In this document: piece by piece, positions 1 through 13,500 of the stretch
Layout of the letters: every line of letters begins with the position of its first letter
Position numbering within the stretch: position 1 is the stretch's first letter
DNA from: Eledone cirrhosa
Taxonomy: Eukaryota
Assembly (NCBI GenBank): GCA_964016885.1
Contig: OZ024741.1
Coordinates: 103,354,001 to 103,418,000 of the forward strand
DNA length: 64,000 nucleotides
Reading direction: 5' to 3'
Made by a program: the position numbers and the translations under genes
Notes under the pieces: model-generated
Databases searched by the model: none
What the model was told of the DNA's origin: nothing
Seen by the model: the letters and a program-made list of their open reading frames with translations, nothing else

Positions 1-162
1 GTTAACTTTGCCTTTCATCCTTACGGGGTCGATAAAATAAAGGACCAGTAATACACTGGGTAAGTGCTGGCCTTACGTCAAAAGTAGAAACAATTATTAT
101 TGTTGTTGTTGTTGTAGTTTCCACCACTGTTATTAATACTACCATTATTATTGTTGTTATTA

Positions 163-3100
163 TCCGGAATGGACACACGTGTGAAACTTGCTTGGTAAGT
201 TCTGCTTAAATTTCTATGGAAATTCTTGACTGTGAGCCTTCATTTTTATACCAATTTGTAGAGGGACTGCCAGGTCAAATTTTGATCTGGTTAGTCTCTC
301 AAAATATTCTACGCCTTTAGGCGAAATAGTATATGAAAAAAAAATTTGGAAAAACTAACGTTTTAAAAAAAATGGCTGAATCAACAACTTCTTCACCAAC
401 ATTCGAAGGAGGAAAAGGGAAGATATGCTTACCGCTTCCCCCTTCCACACTCATAGTAGCAGATGTCTCAGACAAAGGTCAGAGAGAGGAAGGATTTTCT
501 CTACCTGCTGACCGACAACTTGACGTTGCCATGGCAACAAACCAAAACCAAAAAGTGTGAAACAACGAGCAAAAACAACACAACCGGCACCACCAGCAAC
601 AACAACAACAATGCTACGAACGAAAACAACACCAACAACAACGAAGACAACAACAATAACAAGAACAACAAAAACAACAACTCCAGCACAAACGAAAACA
701 ACCAAACACACAAAAAAAAAAAACGTTTGCAGAAAGCCTTGCCAAAGAGACAGAGTTTATAGAAATAGATCTGTCAAACCAAGCGCAGGACCTAAAGGAC
801 GCTGCGCGACATATAACTTTCGAAGGTAACGGCTTTTGAATAAGTACCCCACCGGAAATTAGGGCCGTGACCTGAAGAAAAACAATTTTCCTCGTGAAAA
901 TCTGCTCACAAACCAAGAAACCTATGGCTTTAAGCAATAGCACGGTGGAAACCGCACTAAAGGAGGCAATACCAGACATTACTTACCTCCAGAGGGCCAA
1001 GCACTACGGGAGCATTTCGGTGCTCTTTAAAAGCGGGGCCCTCGCCCAAAAATATTCGGTGGCTCCAATTAGAACGAGCCAACACATCTTCTTCCCAATA
1101 TACATGGGAAGAAGAACCCATAAAATAAGGATCTCCCAGATCCCACCGAACATCAACACTTGTTGGATCCTGGGTGTTTTTTTTGGAGGAGGGTGAAGAC
1201 AACCTCCTCTCTGTGAAAAAATCAATCCGACAGAACTGGAACGGGACCTCAATGGAACTTTTGGTTCAAATGAAACCGGAGAGGATTGCAAAAATACCGG
1301 AAAGGGTGCCGGTGGATAGTCATGTTGTCCACATCGCAGCAGAGGGCAAAAGACGACAATGTTTCAAATGTGGAAAAAGCACACATTTAAAAGCATTTTG
1401 CCCAATGCTGGATGTGGAAAAACAAAAGGCATTGTTGCCAACACCAAAACTACAACAGACACACTCGAAAACAACAAAGAACACTACCCCCAAACCATCA
1501 ACATTCACCCAACCATCACAAACCACAAAAGACACCACACCAAAAATACCCCTGAAGGACTCTGTCCCACCCCTTCCCCTCTGTCCAACACTCCCACAAA
1601 CACACACAAAAGCACTCCACCACATCAACAACACAACCAGACACTTCACCAACAAAACAAACACCCACATCACCACAATCACAAACCCCAACCACAAAAA
1701 GAAAACTACAAACAGAAACAGTACACATAAAAAACAAAACACATTACACTTACATAAAAACAAGAAACAAAGAACTGGTGGAAACTGTCCGAAAGGACCC
1801 CACAATACAAACGGAAGGTAAAACCTTCCCCACCAACGACCCACCCCCAAACCTCAAACTTATCAGGGTAACAACCCTACAGTACGAAACTTTAAAAGGG
1901 AACTTCCCACATGATGTGGACCTCCCTTGCCAAAAACCCCTTAACCGTGTCCTGCTAAAAGGATTCCCTCCCTCCCCAAACACCACCAATCTGGACATGA
2001 AGATCGAACAACCCTACCCCCAGGAAACGAAAGGGTAAGTGTTCCTGCCTTTTCTCTCCTTAACTCTTCTTCACCAGCATGGCGACTATACAAGTTGGAT
2101 GTTTGAATGTACGTGGCCTGGGCATGCCGTGGAAACAGGGCCAGCTTTTAAATGATCTCAGGTCACATTGTATAGATGTGATAGCCATCACCGAGTCCAG
2201 GATTCACGACAAGCAGCAGCTAACCCCCATGTTCGATGATTTTGATATCTACCCATCTCTTTGTCAGCCAGGAGGTTGGGGGGGGGGGGGAGTTGCTGTT
2301 CTGTTTCGAAAAACTTGGATCTCAAAGTACAGACGATTCACTTGGACCCGGAGGGCAGCCTGGTGGTCCTGGACGTGAATGGTAGTGAAGGTGGAGCTTT
2401 CAGACTGGTGGCCGTATATGCCCCGACTGGGACATCGCGACCAGAGTTCCTCAAGCGTCTGGAGACATTCCTGGGGACGTCTAGCTCCTTAATGTTAGCG
2501 GGGGACTGGGATGGCATCTTAGACGCACGTTGGGACTATGTAGGAGCTTGTGATAATAGAGGGGGGTGTAATAGCCTCAAAAATCTCACCAGCCAATTCC
2601 AACTGGCTGATAGATATCGACTAGGCTTCCCAAGTGCACCATTGTGGACGTGGAGCAACCGCACTGGGTCTTCTAGATCGTATTTAGATATATTTTTAAT
2701 TAGACAGAATCATAAGGAAACATTAAACATGTGCACAAATGCACATGGTTGCCTATTCAGACCACAAATTAGACGCCTGAATAGTCAACCTTGATAGAAC
2801 ACATAGACAGAGACCCGGATACTGGAAGCTAAACATGTCGCTCCGGCGCGTAAGGCCTACAGTAAACGGATTAGCACCTTAGTTAAGTTCCAGTTGACGG
2901 GGACGATCGTCAACAACAGGTGGTGGTGCTCTCTCAAGAGAGCAATTAGAATAGAATCGATAGCATTTAGCAAGGAAATAACGTTAGAAAAAAACAAAAC
3001 TGAAAAGGAACTGGTAGCTAAAGTAGAAAAGGCACTTAGGAATGGCAGTACAGCTGACGTGCTAGCGGCGAGAACGGCACTAGACCAGTTCTTCAACATG

Positions 3101-5565
3101 AAACACGAAGGTTGTATTGTCAGAAGTAGAACACGTGCTCTAAGAAACGAAAGAGCCAAAGCTGTTAGCTGGGCCCGAGTGGCAGAGGCGAAAAGTGGCA
3201 ACAAATCCACAATTCGGTCTTTGCAAGACAAAGATGGACGCATTCTACTTGAATCCAAGCAGATGTGCATACCACGACTCTCGAGCACGGATGCAGAGAG
3301 CTGCGAAAGGCCGATCGCAGCGGGCGAAATAGAAGATGCCTTAGGCCGCTGCGGGAAACACAAATCACCCGGTTTAGATGGTCTACGCCATGAGTTTCAC
3401 ATAGGTATGCCAGACTTGTTCTCTGGCGTCCTCGAAGCGGTCTACTGCAACTGACAGCAGAACGGGAGGATTCCCAGTTCTGTAGGCAGAGGCGTAGTAA
3501 TGCTGATCAGGGAAGATGAGAACAAGGGGGATGAGATAAGCAATTTCAGGCCCATAACTCTGCTCAACACAGAGTTAAATATTTTGGCCAAGGTGTTAAC
3601 AACGAGGCTGGCGCTTGTCGTCGAGAACCTGGTAGGGGAAGCGCAAACTTGTGCAATCCCGACCAGATCCATACACGACAACCTCCACCTCATTCGATAC
3701 ATCATAGAGAGGGTAGGGTGTAAACCTCGCTTGGGTGGGGCTCTGATCAGTTTAGATCAGTCAACCATCAATACTTGGAAGCGGTTCTCAAGACTGCAGA
3801 CTTCGGTCCCGTCTTCAGAGGCTGGATCGCTGCCATGCACACCAGCATCTGCTCGGCAGTTAAGGTGAATGGCTACCTATTGGAGCCATTCCAAATCATG
3901 CGTTCCATCCGACAGGGATGCCCTCTCTCCTCCATTCTGTATCTACTGACTCTCGAGCCATTACTGCAGAAGTTGAAGCTCTTGCAGGGAATCCCGATCG
4001 AACCAGGACTGCGGAAAGCAGCGTCGGCCTATGCCGATGACATAACCATAAGGGTGTCGGAAATCTCGGAAATCGGGGTAATCGGCAATCTATTACAGGA
4101 ATATGAAACGTTGACTGGAGCAAGACTAAACCCAAACAAGTCTGTCGGTTTGCAACTCGACACATGGAGAGGAAAACCCATGCCTTCCGACAGTGTCGTT
4201 GGACGCTGGACGGAAGGACCGGTGAAATTTCTCGGGGTCTGGTTTGGTCCAGACCTCCAGGTGGACAAGAACTGGAACGCTTGAAAGGTCGAGCGGAGGT
4301 GGAGAACACTTACATAGAGTCCGTCATCTACTACCGCTTGACAGTCGTGCCTTGTCCCCGCGAATACCTCACCAAAATGGAACGTCTACTCTTCAAGTTC
4401 CTCTGGAAGAAACAGGCTCCATTGGTGAGGAGATCCATCTGCTATCAACACCCTTCTAACGGAGGGCTGGGCGTTCCGTGGCTGATGATGCGCAAGCACG
4501 CGCTGAGGCTACGCAATCTCTAGGTATTCCTGACCGGTGAACCGGTGTGACTGTCGTTTGTAAGACAAGCTCTTCCACAACTCGTCTCACTAACAGAGCT
4601 GCAGTCCTGGGTCAAGCGAAGACCTAAAATGGGTGCCTGGCACCTCGAGTGCCTTCAGGCGCTCACAGCCCTCTACTAAGCGGAAACAGCAATCAGCGGA
4701 GACTCCACTTCGACATTCTATAGAGGATTAGTGGAGGATAAGTGCGACGACGTTCTCGGGGAAACTCTAGGCATCGAGGAGGACGAACTGACCAGTCTGT
4801 TCGGGAGGACTTTCCGTCCAGGGCCTATGGATAACTTCCAGAGGTCTCTGGTCTGGCAGTGCTACCGAGGAGCTCTACCAGTTCGAGACAAAATCTACAG
4901 GCACGGACGCCCTGGCAGAGATCCTGCCAAAAGGACCTGTCTAAGATGCGAGCAGGACATCGAAACCATTCCGTACGCAATTATTCAGTGTCCAGGGGTG
5001 ACCGACCTGTGGAATTATGTCGAACAGCTACTGTCACGTGTGGGACGCATCCAGTTGTCAGCCGAGTCCATCGTGAGGATCAACCCGCCACCTTCATTTA
5101 AGAATGAAGGAGAGGCGATTTTCCTCTGTCTGGTGGCTATGGTGAAAGAGGTAATATGGTGGACGAGGTTAAAAGGACTTATCTCCTTGTTTAAGTACCA
5201 CTTCAGAAGGAAGGTGAGAGTGGAGAGAGAGGTGCTACACCCCAGTAAATTCGCTGAAAGGTGGGTGAATGTGACGAAAATGGCCCGAGTAAATGAGCCT
5301 TCTCTGTATAGAAACCTGTAGGTTGAGGAAGATAAACAGAGGGAAGACGGGAACACCTGGTGTTGAGGGTTGTTCTATCCACGGGGTGTAAAACAACCCT
5401 GCAGTAACGTTTCCTCCCTATTGGGGATTTTCAATTGTTATTTTATTATATATAGTTTATTGTTATTTATTAATGTTAAAGTTATATGATTTTTATGTAA
5501 AACCACCGCCGTCGCGTTTTGTAATATTCCATTTTTGTACGCCCATGTGGCAAATAAAGAAAGAC
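163..5565 (+). mobile_element. Near full-length degraded Tx1/L1-clade non-LTR retrotransposon
   Basis: ORF1 pieces with a CCHC knuckle (CFKCGKSTHLKAFC). ORF2 pieces: APE (LNVRGL, AGDWD, SYLD), RT (KSPGLDG, RPITLLN, RQGCPLS, YADD) and a C-terminal CxxC...C. Many frameshifts and stops. AATAAA near 5553. Flanked by TTA/TTG-rich repeats; boundaries approximate. Confidence 0.9.
2079..5321 (+). pseudogene. Tx1-like ORF2 (APE endonuclease + reverse transcriptase), frameshifted
   Basis: Consecutive ORF fragments 2079-2378, 2261-2794, 2894-3454, 3500-3868, 3775-4284, 4164-4523 and 4731-5321 carry APE/RT motifs in the expected order. Confidence 0.9.
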
Positions 5566-5718
5566 ATCTATACTTCCATTACTGTTGTTATTATTATAAT
5601 TGTTATGATAATTATTATTGTTATTGTAACTATTTATGTTACTAGAAGATTATTGGACATTCTATTGTTAGTATCACAGGAAGGTTTAATTTTAGAAGCT
5701 TCCTATGGTTACTGAGTT

Positions 5719-6260
5719 CTATGTGATCAGGTAAGTTTTTTTTTTTGGGGGGGGGGGGGGGGTATGAGATTTTAACATTAATTTTGTTGAGGATTTTATA
5801 GTATTTATGGTTAGGCGGGAAGTTTTTCTCCAAGATACCGAAGAATATTTTAGGTATATTAGATGCAATGATCTTCGAGTACGGAGGAAGATACCATGAA
5901 ACATTACGGCGGCGTCCTCTATGTGTGCTTTTGGGTTAGTGCGGTCATTACTTCCATGATGGGTGTTATTCCTGTTGCTACCAGAACCAGGCCCTTTGCA
6001 CACTCCGTTCTTATTAGTCTTATGTGTTATTATGCCGCTGTGGAAGTTCGCCGTCATTATTCTATGCTTATTAGTAGGCGTAGGTAGCAGACCATCCCAA
6101 TTATTGTGCCTATAAGCAGGGAATATATCTAGGCTAGTAGTTCTGATTCTATTAATGGAGTAAGGTTGGTAAGTGTATCCAGGCTTAGCTAATCTATTAC
6201 TATGGTAATATTCCTTAGAGCTGATCATTTGATCTAGTTTATTTTTATTAGTCCTATCGT
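5719..6260 (-). mobile_element. Possible N-terminal remnant of a Penelope-like ORF
   Basis: FHGIFLRTRRSLHLI resembles the HxxFLxxC...LIP motif of PLE N-termini; otherwise degraded. Confidence 0.3.
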
Positions 6261-6296
6261 TATTAGAGTGTGTGTGTGTGCTGTGTGATTATGTCG

Positions 6297-6476
6297 ATTG
6301 GCAGTATCGGTAGAGGATCGGACGCCATGCTTTGACGCATAGAGTTACGGTCCTTGCCATTCTGAGTTCAAATCCCGTCGAGGTTAACTTTGCCTTTCAT
6401 CCTTACGGGGTCGATAAAATAAAGTACCAGTAATACACTGGGTATTTGCTGGCCTTGTGCCAAAAGTAGAAACAAT
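6297..6476 (+). mobile_element. tRNA-derived SINE (family A); further copies or fragments at 1-95(+), 19270-19420(+), 20105-20275(-), 29288-29365(+), 37712-37795(-), 49872-50060(-), 51108-51240(-), 54620-54700(+), 58370-58500(-)
   Basis: A-box-like TGGCAGTATCGG, B-box GAGTTCAAATC and a shared body (gaggttaactttgcctttcatccttacggggtcgataaaataaagtaccagt) recur across the window. Confidence 0.8.
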
Positions 6477-6489
6477 TATATATATATAT

Positions 6490-6990
6490 ATTTCGGTTTT
6501 GAATCTGTTTAGCAAGATTCTTTATCTGAAAACGTGTGCTGAGACCGATATTGTTATACTTTGGGAGGGTCATGTTGCCAATAAGAAACACACGCACCAG
6601 TTACTTTCACTCCAATTTATTATAAATTAAATTATAAATTTAAGAAATTTATAAATTTCCGGTTGGTTGGGCGGAGGTCATTGGTTGATGGATTTAAAGA
6701 AAAGGGAGTTCATTAAAAGCTAATTCTTTAAAGATATAATATTAACAAAGGCAGAAAGAATACTGTAAACAAGTTCAAATTGGAGTACCAATCCTTGTTT
6801 ATCTCTTAAACTAACAATGCCTGTAAGTCAGGTGTCTACAGGATGGATGGGGTTCATTGGTTTAAAGAAAAGGGAAGGGAAATTCTTTAGAAGCTAATTC
6901 TTTAAGGCTGAGATAAGGGTGACAAAGGCAGAAAGGGTTCTAAGTTTTGGGGTGCTTCCCCTTATTGTGAAGTTTCTCTTAATTTATATT
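6490..6990 (-). mobile_element. PLE pseudo-LTR/3' fragment
   Basis: 6680-6812 is the reverse complement of 16405-16545, and 6500-6600 resembles the pLTR ends at 16770 and 23780. Confidence 0.5.
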
Positions 6991-7009
6991 CCAGGTGTCA
7001 ACAAGCACA

Positions 7010-7135
7010 TTCACACACGCGCCCACTTACTACACGTACACACACAAGCACACACCTACACACAAGCACACACGCACACACAGGCCTGCACAGACACGAA
7101 ACAAACATACATATAATTACATACACACACATATA

Positions 7136-7204
<69 letters not shown>

Positions 7205-7209
7205 CACAC

Positions 7210-7246
<37 letters not shown>

Positions 7247-7253
7247 CACACAT

Positions 7254-7296
<43 letters not shown>

Positions 7297-7538
7297 TATA
7301 TGCATATATATATACATACACGTACATACACACATATACACAAATATATATATATACATACATACACACATTCACATATATATATATATCCGTGTGCATA
7401 CGCATACATATATATATACACATACATATATATATATACACACACACATACATATATACACACATATATACATATATATGTGTATACACAAATAAACGCA
7501 TATATACACATATATACAGACATACACACACATACACA

Positions 7539-7620
<82 letters not shown>
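7010..7620. repeat. Compound (CA)n/(TA)n microsatellite
   Basis: Direct inspection. Confidence 0.95.
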
Positions 7621-7909
7621 AGGGTAAATAATGATGCAATTCAATTCAAGCACTCAACGTACTTTTTCCACATAGGAGTGACGGAGTAAATATCGAATAA
7701 GTAAAAGATAGTAAGGAGGGGTGTGATATGGGGGAGAGTTAGCTGCTGTTTCTAGCAGGTTTAGTAACCTCATAGAGGATATGTGGAACATCTGAAACTA
7801 CTTCGCTTTTACTTATTCTATATATATATATATATATACACATACACGTACATACATATACATGCGTACACATAGACATATACACAAGTATAAACATACA
7901 CACACAACA

Positions 7910-7959
<50 letters not shown>

Positions 7960-7983
7960 CACATACATACATATATATATATA

Positions 7984-8988
7984 TCATCATAATCTATAAA
8001 GCTCAGTGTGTGGTCATGCTCCTTCGTTATAGAAATCTACGATATAGAATTTCTTCAATTGAAATTTACAATTCAGTATTCGAAATAGTTTCGATTGCGT
8101 CTTGACGCAGATAATTTTTTCAATTTCACCCACAATTACGCAAAAAATAGATAAAACTCAATATTTTACGATTTTTCTCTCTCATTTAAACTGCTGAACT
8201 CTTTCTACTACCATTCAAAATCTATACAACTTCATACTTTCTGCTACTTTCTCTTTCCAAGCTTGATGGTGATACTGTCCGTTCACACCACTCCCTACTG
8301 TCTTAAATTTAGAAAACACATATCCTCTATGAGGTTACTAAACCTGCTAGAAACAGCAGCTAACTCTCCCCCATATCACACCCCTCCCCACACCACTCCC
8401 TACTGTCTTAAATTTAGAAAACACATATCCTCTATGAGGTTACTAAACCTGCTAGAAACAGCAGCTAACTCTCCCCCATATCACACCCCTCCCTACTGTC
8501 TTAAATTTAGAAAACATATCTTCTATGAGGTCACTAAACCTGCTAGAAACAGCAGCTAACTCTCCCCCATATCACACCACTCCCTACTGTCTTAAATTTA
8601 GAAAACACATATCCTCTATGAGGTCACTAAACCTGCTAGAAACAACAGCTAACATTCCCTCATATCACAACCCTCCCTACTGTCTTAAATTTAGAAAACA
8701 CACAGACAACCATGCAGAACAACTCCATCGCAACTCTGTTGTTCGGCTGGCATCGTCTACGCGCGTGTTGCGCAAGTACTGTGAAACAATAAATTTCAAC
8801 ACTTTTTTGCACAGAGATAATATCCATAGGCGAAACTACAATTGTCACTGCTGGCGCAGCTCATGCTTCCAGGTCTGCAATTCATTCACCCAGTGCTTGG
8901 CAGACAAAAAAGTGCTGCCATAAAATGGGTGGTGCAACCTAACTTTGGTAACTTAATGACCGCGAGCAACGCCGGGTTTTAATGCTAG
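7984..8988 (+). mobile_element. Non-autonomous Helitron-like element containing a ~100-bp tandem array
   Basis: Starts TC(ATC)ATAATCTATAAAGC after A. Ends with an imperfect GC-rich hairpin (ccgcgagcaacgccggg) and CTAG|T at 8985-8989. Inserted in (TA)n. Confidence 0.6.
8288..8702 (+). repeat. Tandem repeat, about 4.3 units of ~95-105 bp
   Basis: Unit ctccctactgtcttaaatttagaaaacacatatcctctatgaggttactaaacctgctagaaacagcagctaactctcccccatatcac; an inverted copy lies at ~7712-7785. Confidence 0.95.
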
Positions 8989-9002
8989 TATATATATATA
9001 TA

Positions 9003-9406
9003 TGGTGGCTGCCAACTCGTTTTCGAGTACGGCCACTACTTTATATCCATGTAGGAGAACCACTACCGATGCGCTGAACGAGTGTGACTTTTTAGTCCAG
9101 CCAGCGACTTGAAAACTCTGGTACAAACACTACACTTGTGACAATTATTAACACATAGTGCTGGGCCCATGGTACCATGTGATGACAAGTGCAGAGAGAT
9201 CTCCAGATACAAAGCAATGCCTGTGCCGTGAAGCTTTTATAGTGAGCAAAGGCACTGCACAAAGCCAGTCCCACTCTCTTAACCAAGATGATATTTACCA
9301 AAAAGAAGAACAAGTCAACATCATTGGATACCATCAGAGTTGCAGGTGTTATATCAGAGTTTTCCTTCTCCTAGAATTCTGCCTTGACAAAGGCTAAGGG
9401 GTCATC
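9003..9406 (-). mobile_element. 5'-truncated copy of the ~610-bp RTE-derived non-autonomous element
   Basis: Near-identical to the left 400 bp of the copies at 39591, 41395, 42644, 43360 and 55941. Confidence 0.85.
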
Positions 9407-9427
9407 TCTCTCTCTATATATATACAT

Positions 9428-9503
<76 letters not shown>

Positions 9504-9633
9504 GTGAGGTTTTTTTACAAAATGAAAAATAACCGAGGTGTCCTACACGAGTGAAAGTATAAAGAAAAAGAGATGAAATCGAAAATGCAACTGGAGTCTT
9601 ATTTTTTTTTTAAATATATATATTTATTTGGTT

Positions 9634-9671
9634 CCTTTACCGGTTTCGCAGTTCTTCTGCTTTTCAAAAGG
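9634..9671 (-). ncRNA. Minimal type-I hammerhead ribozyme (U3-A8 variant) in the 3' pLTR
   Basis: Minus strand reads cctt-TTGAAAA-GCAG aagaa CTGC-GAAA-CCGG-TA-aagg. Confidence 0.75.
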
Positions 9672-10541
9672 TGAGTTGAGATGGAGGGTCTGTGGTTTTT
9701 CTCACATCTGGTTGGTCTCTGAATGTTACTTGTTTTATATGGAAAAAGTGGCTCGAGATGCCAGGTTTTTCGAGAAGTAATTTGATTGGTTTGTCAATAA
9801 TTATAATAAATTTCGCGCCAGTTCGCGTTACAATAGTTCTTCAAATAAGAGGGGGGGGGTTGTCACAGGTTGTTTTTTCATATATGAGTGTTTGAATTTC
9901 TTTTTACTTGAAAAAAGGAGGCTCACGAAAGGTTTTTTGGGGGTTGGTTATAAATGAAATTATGGCTGTCACGTGAACAAATTTTCATTAAATTTTTGTG
10001 CCCTTATTTGGAAATCCATTCTGTAGCCTTTTTAGAGAATTTTTTGATAAGTGAAAGATAATGGTCAAGAGAAAGGGATGGGAGAATTGTTCTGGTTCAG
10101 TGAATATGGTTAGTTCGCTGGGGTGTCAGAATTCAGATTTTCTATTGAATAAAGAAAGTAAAGATATGTGTGTTTATTTGTGTGCTTGTGTGTGTGTGTG
10201 CGTGTATGTGTGTGTGTGTGTGTGTGTGTTTGAATTTCTTTACTTTAAAAAAAGGTGGCTCACGAAGGCTTTTTTTTAATAAACGTGATTTGATTGGTTA
10301 TAAATGAAATTTGGCTGTCACGTGAACAAGTTTTCATTACATTTTTGCGCCCTTATTTGGAAAACTATTCTGTAGTCTTTATAGCGAATGTTATGACAAT
10401 GGAAAGATAGTGGTCAAGAGAAATGGGATTGGGAGAATTGTTCTGGTTCAGTGAATATGGTTAGTTCGCTGGGGTGTCAGAGTTCAGATTTTCTATTGAA
10501 GTGAAGATATGTATGTTTATTTGTGTGCTTGTGTGTGTGTA

Positions 10542-10573
<32 letters not shown>

Positions 10574-13500
10574 TATTGGAAGATGATTCTATTAGTAGAG
10601 ATTGGGGAGGGAGTTGTGTGTGTGTGTATATGGGTGTTATGTGTGTGTGTGCGAGTATGTTAAGATGGAGAGAATATATATTTTGTGTGTGTGTATATAT
10701 ATATGTGTGTAGGAAAGTGGTTCTATTAGTAGAAATGGGGAGGGAGTTGTAGGTGTGGGGGTTGTTATGTGTGTGTATGGGTGTTATGTGTGTGGGAGTA
10801 TGGTTAGCATGTTAAGATGAAGAGAATATATATATATATATATATATATATTGTGTGTGTGTGTATGTGTGTGTGTAGGAAAGTGATTCCTTTAGTAGGA
10901 ATATTTTTGAATGAACATATTTTCCTTACTTTTTCGTGTTTGCTGTTGTATTGCCAGTGCAAACGTATGTTAAGGTTTATTTAGTTCGGGTTTTTATTTT
11001 CTAAAGTAGAAGGTGTTATGTGTGTGTATGTATGTCATATTGTGGTGTTGACATAATGTATATTAAACCTTATTTAATGTTGGTCTATATTTTTGAATAA
11101 ACATATTTTCCTTATTTATTCGCATTTGTTCTGTTGTATTGTTGGCGCAAAGGTAAAATGGGAAGACTTGGAATTTGGGTGTCTTATTACTTGCGCAAAT
11201 GTCTAGATATGCACTTAGTGGTATCTGTCTCGTGGTTGGATCTCGTAATTGTTGGCGATGAACTGTCATTCTGTTTCTGAGTGTGAGTTTAGTTTGTCCT
11301 ATATAATCTTCATTGCATCCTTTACATTTAATGGCATAAATTAGATTTTTTGATGAGCAAGTGAAGTGATTTTTTACAGTAAAATTTTGTCCTGATTTAA
11401 ATGTATACGTGTTGCCTTCAATGAGGTGAGTGCAGGTTCCACAATTAGAGCGACCACATTTTTTGATACTTGGTTGTAGGTTTGTGGTAGGTAATTTGGT
11501 ATTGGTGAGTAATGTTTTCAGTGATTTTGGTTGTCTTTTGTGTGTTTCAAGGGCTTTTTTCATTCTTGGGTTTTGTTTTAGTAGTGGGATGTTATTGTGA
11601 ATATTGTTGTAAGCTTCCGCATTTCTTTGGTTGTGTGTTGAGATATATGATAGAATATTGGACGTACCTTGAATTTTTTTCTGTTTCCGTAATTTATCAA
11701 TGCCTATTGCTTTAGCCCTTTCTATTCCATTATTTATTAGTAATAGTGGGTATTCTCTCGAGTAGAATTTCCTTTAATTCTTGAAGTCTTTTATTTCGCG
11801 TTTCATAATTGGAGACAATTGTGCAAATTCTTCTTGCTAGGTTAAAAGGAATGTTCGTCTTCGGTGCTTTGGATGGTTGGAGGTGAATAGCAAATATTGT
11901 TTGGAATCTGTTGGTTTGTAGTGTATGTCAGTTTCGATATTTGTGTCTTTTTTTAAGATTAAGATGTCCAGAAATGGGAGTTGATCTTGGCTATATTCCA
12001 TTGTGAATTGGATGTGGTTATTGATGCCGTTTATTAAGTTTTTGAAATCCTTCAGTTGGTCGAGTGTGTGGGACCAAAGAATGAGGCAATCATCCAAGTA
12101 GCGTTTCCAATTCTCTGATAAATATTTGTGGAAGTTCAATCCGTATTTTGATTTGGACTGTTCATATATCTGGACTTCTAAGTATGCCATGACTAAGTTG
12201 GCATAAGTTGGAGCGGCTTTTGTACCCATCGCAGTCCCCGATATTTGCTTGTAAGTATTGCCATCGAAATCAAAAAAGTTGTTCTGTAGGATGAATTTTA
12301 ATCCCTCAGTGATGAAGCTTTTTTCTATTCTGTCAGGTATCTCATTGGGATATTTCTCTAGCCAGAATCCTATTGCTTCTAGTCCGTATTGGTGTGGGAT
12401 CATTGTGTGGAGATTCACTACATCGAAAGACACAATAATAGTGTCGTTGTTGACATGTTTGGGGAGGTGGTTTAAGAGGTCCAGATCGTCTCTTACAAGG
12501 CTTGGTATGTGTTTCAGTATTGGTTTCAGTAGTATGTCTTTAAAGTTGCTCAATCTGTGTGTTTCACATTGTGGGCCCGCTACAATTGGTCTTAATTTAA
12601 GGTCTGTGGGGTATTGTGTGTTCACGCAGGCTGAGGTGGATTGTTTACAGGCATCGTTGATTATTTTACACTTGTGGATCTTCGGAAGTACGTAAAGGTT
12701 GCTGGTTTTGTATTCAAAATTTGTTAAATAATCGCGTTCCTTTTTAGTTAGGTCTTCCTGGTATCGATAAATCAGTGTGTTTAATTTGGTCATTATTTTT
12801 TATTGCTGGTAGTTTTTTACTCTTTCATAGTAATTAGTATTTTGTAAGAGAGAGAACATAGAATTTTTATATTTTTCAGCCTCCATAATGACAACAGTAC
12901 TTCCCTTGTCCACTTCCTTAATTATAATGTCCGTATTGTTTTTTAGTTCATGGATAATCTCCCATTCCCTTCGACTCGTGTTGGGTTTGGGTTTAGGTTG
13001 CGGTAGTTCATGGTATGGGAAGGTAGCTATGTGGTCACAAAATTTGTCCAGAACTCTGTTTCTACCTTTTGTTGGGTTGTAGCTGCTTTTATTCCGTACA
13101 ATTGATTCGTCGTTATTCTCCTTGTCAAAGAATTCCTCTGTGAGACGTAATTTTCTACAGAAGTGTGAGATATCGTCATTTATCTCGTTGGGGTTAGGGT
13201 ATTGTGGTGTTGGTGTGAATTTCAGACCTTTGGAGAGAATTTTTACTTGTTGGGCTGAGAGGTTTGTATTTGAAATGTTAATTATTTTCGGTTTTTCAAA
13301 ATCGGTTTGTGCCACCGGGTGTCGTGAGTCCTGTAGCCTTGGTCTAAAAAATGATTTTTCTGGAATGTTTTTTCAATGGTATTATTATATCTAATGGTAT
13401 TTCCCCTGTTGTTGTGTGGTCTTGTATAGAAGTTTCGGACGTATTGAGGTTCGGTTTGTTGATAGTCCGGGTTATAGATTTGGTTCCTTTGTGTGGGTTG

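Noticed and set aside
6297-6400. tRNA gene
   Set aside because: A and B boxes are present but there is no cloverleaf; it is a multi-copy SINE head.
8325-8360. Hammerhead-like CTATGA...GAAAC in the tandem unit
   Set aside because: The core deviates and there is no stem I/III or cleavage-triplet geometry.
9092-9397. Repeated 79-80 aa ORFs (MLGPWYHV..., MVSNDVDL...) in six places
   Set aside because: They recur only because they lie in the 610-bp repeat; they use non-ATG starts and have no recognisable domain.
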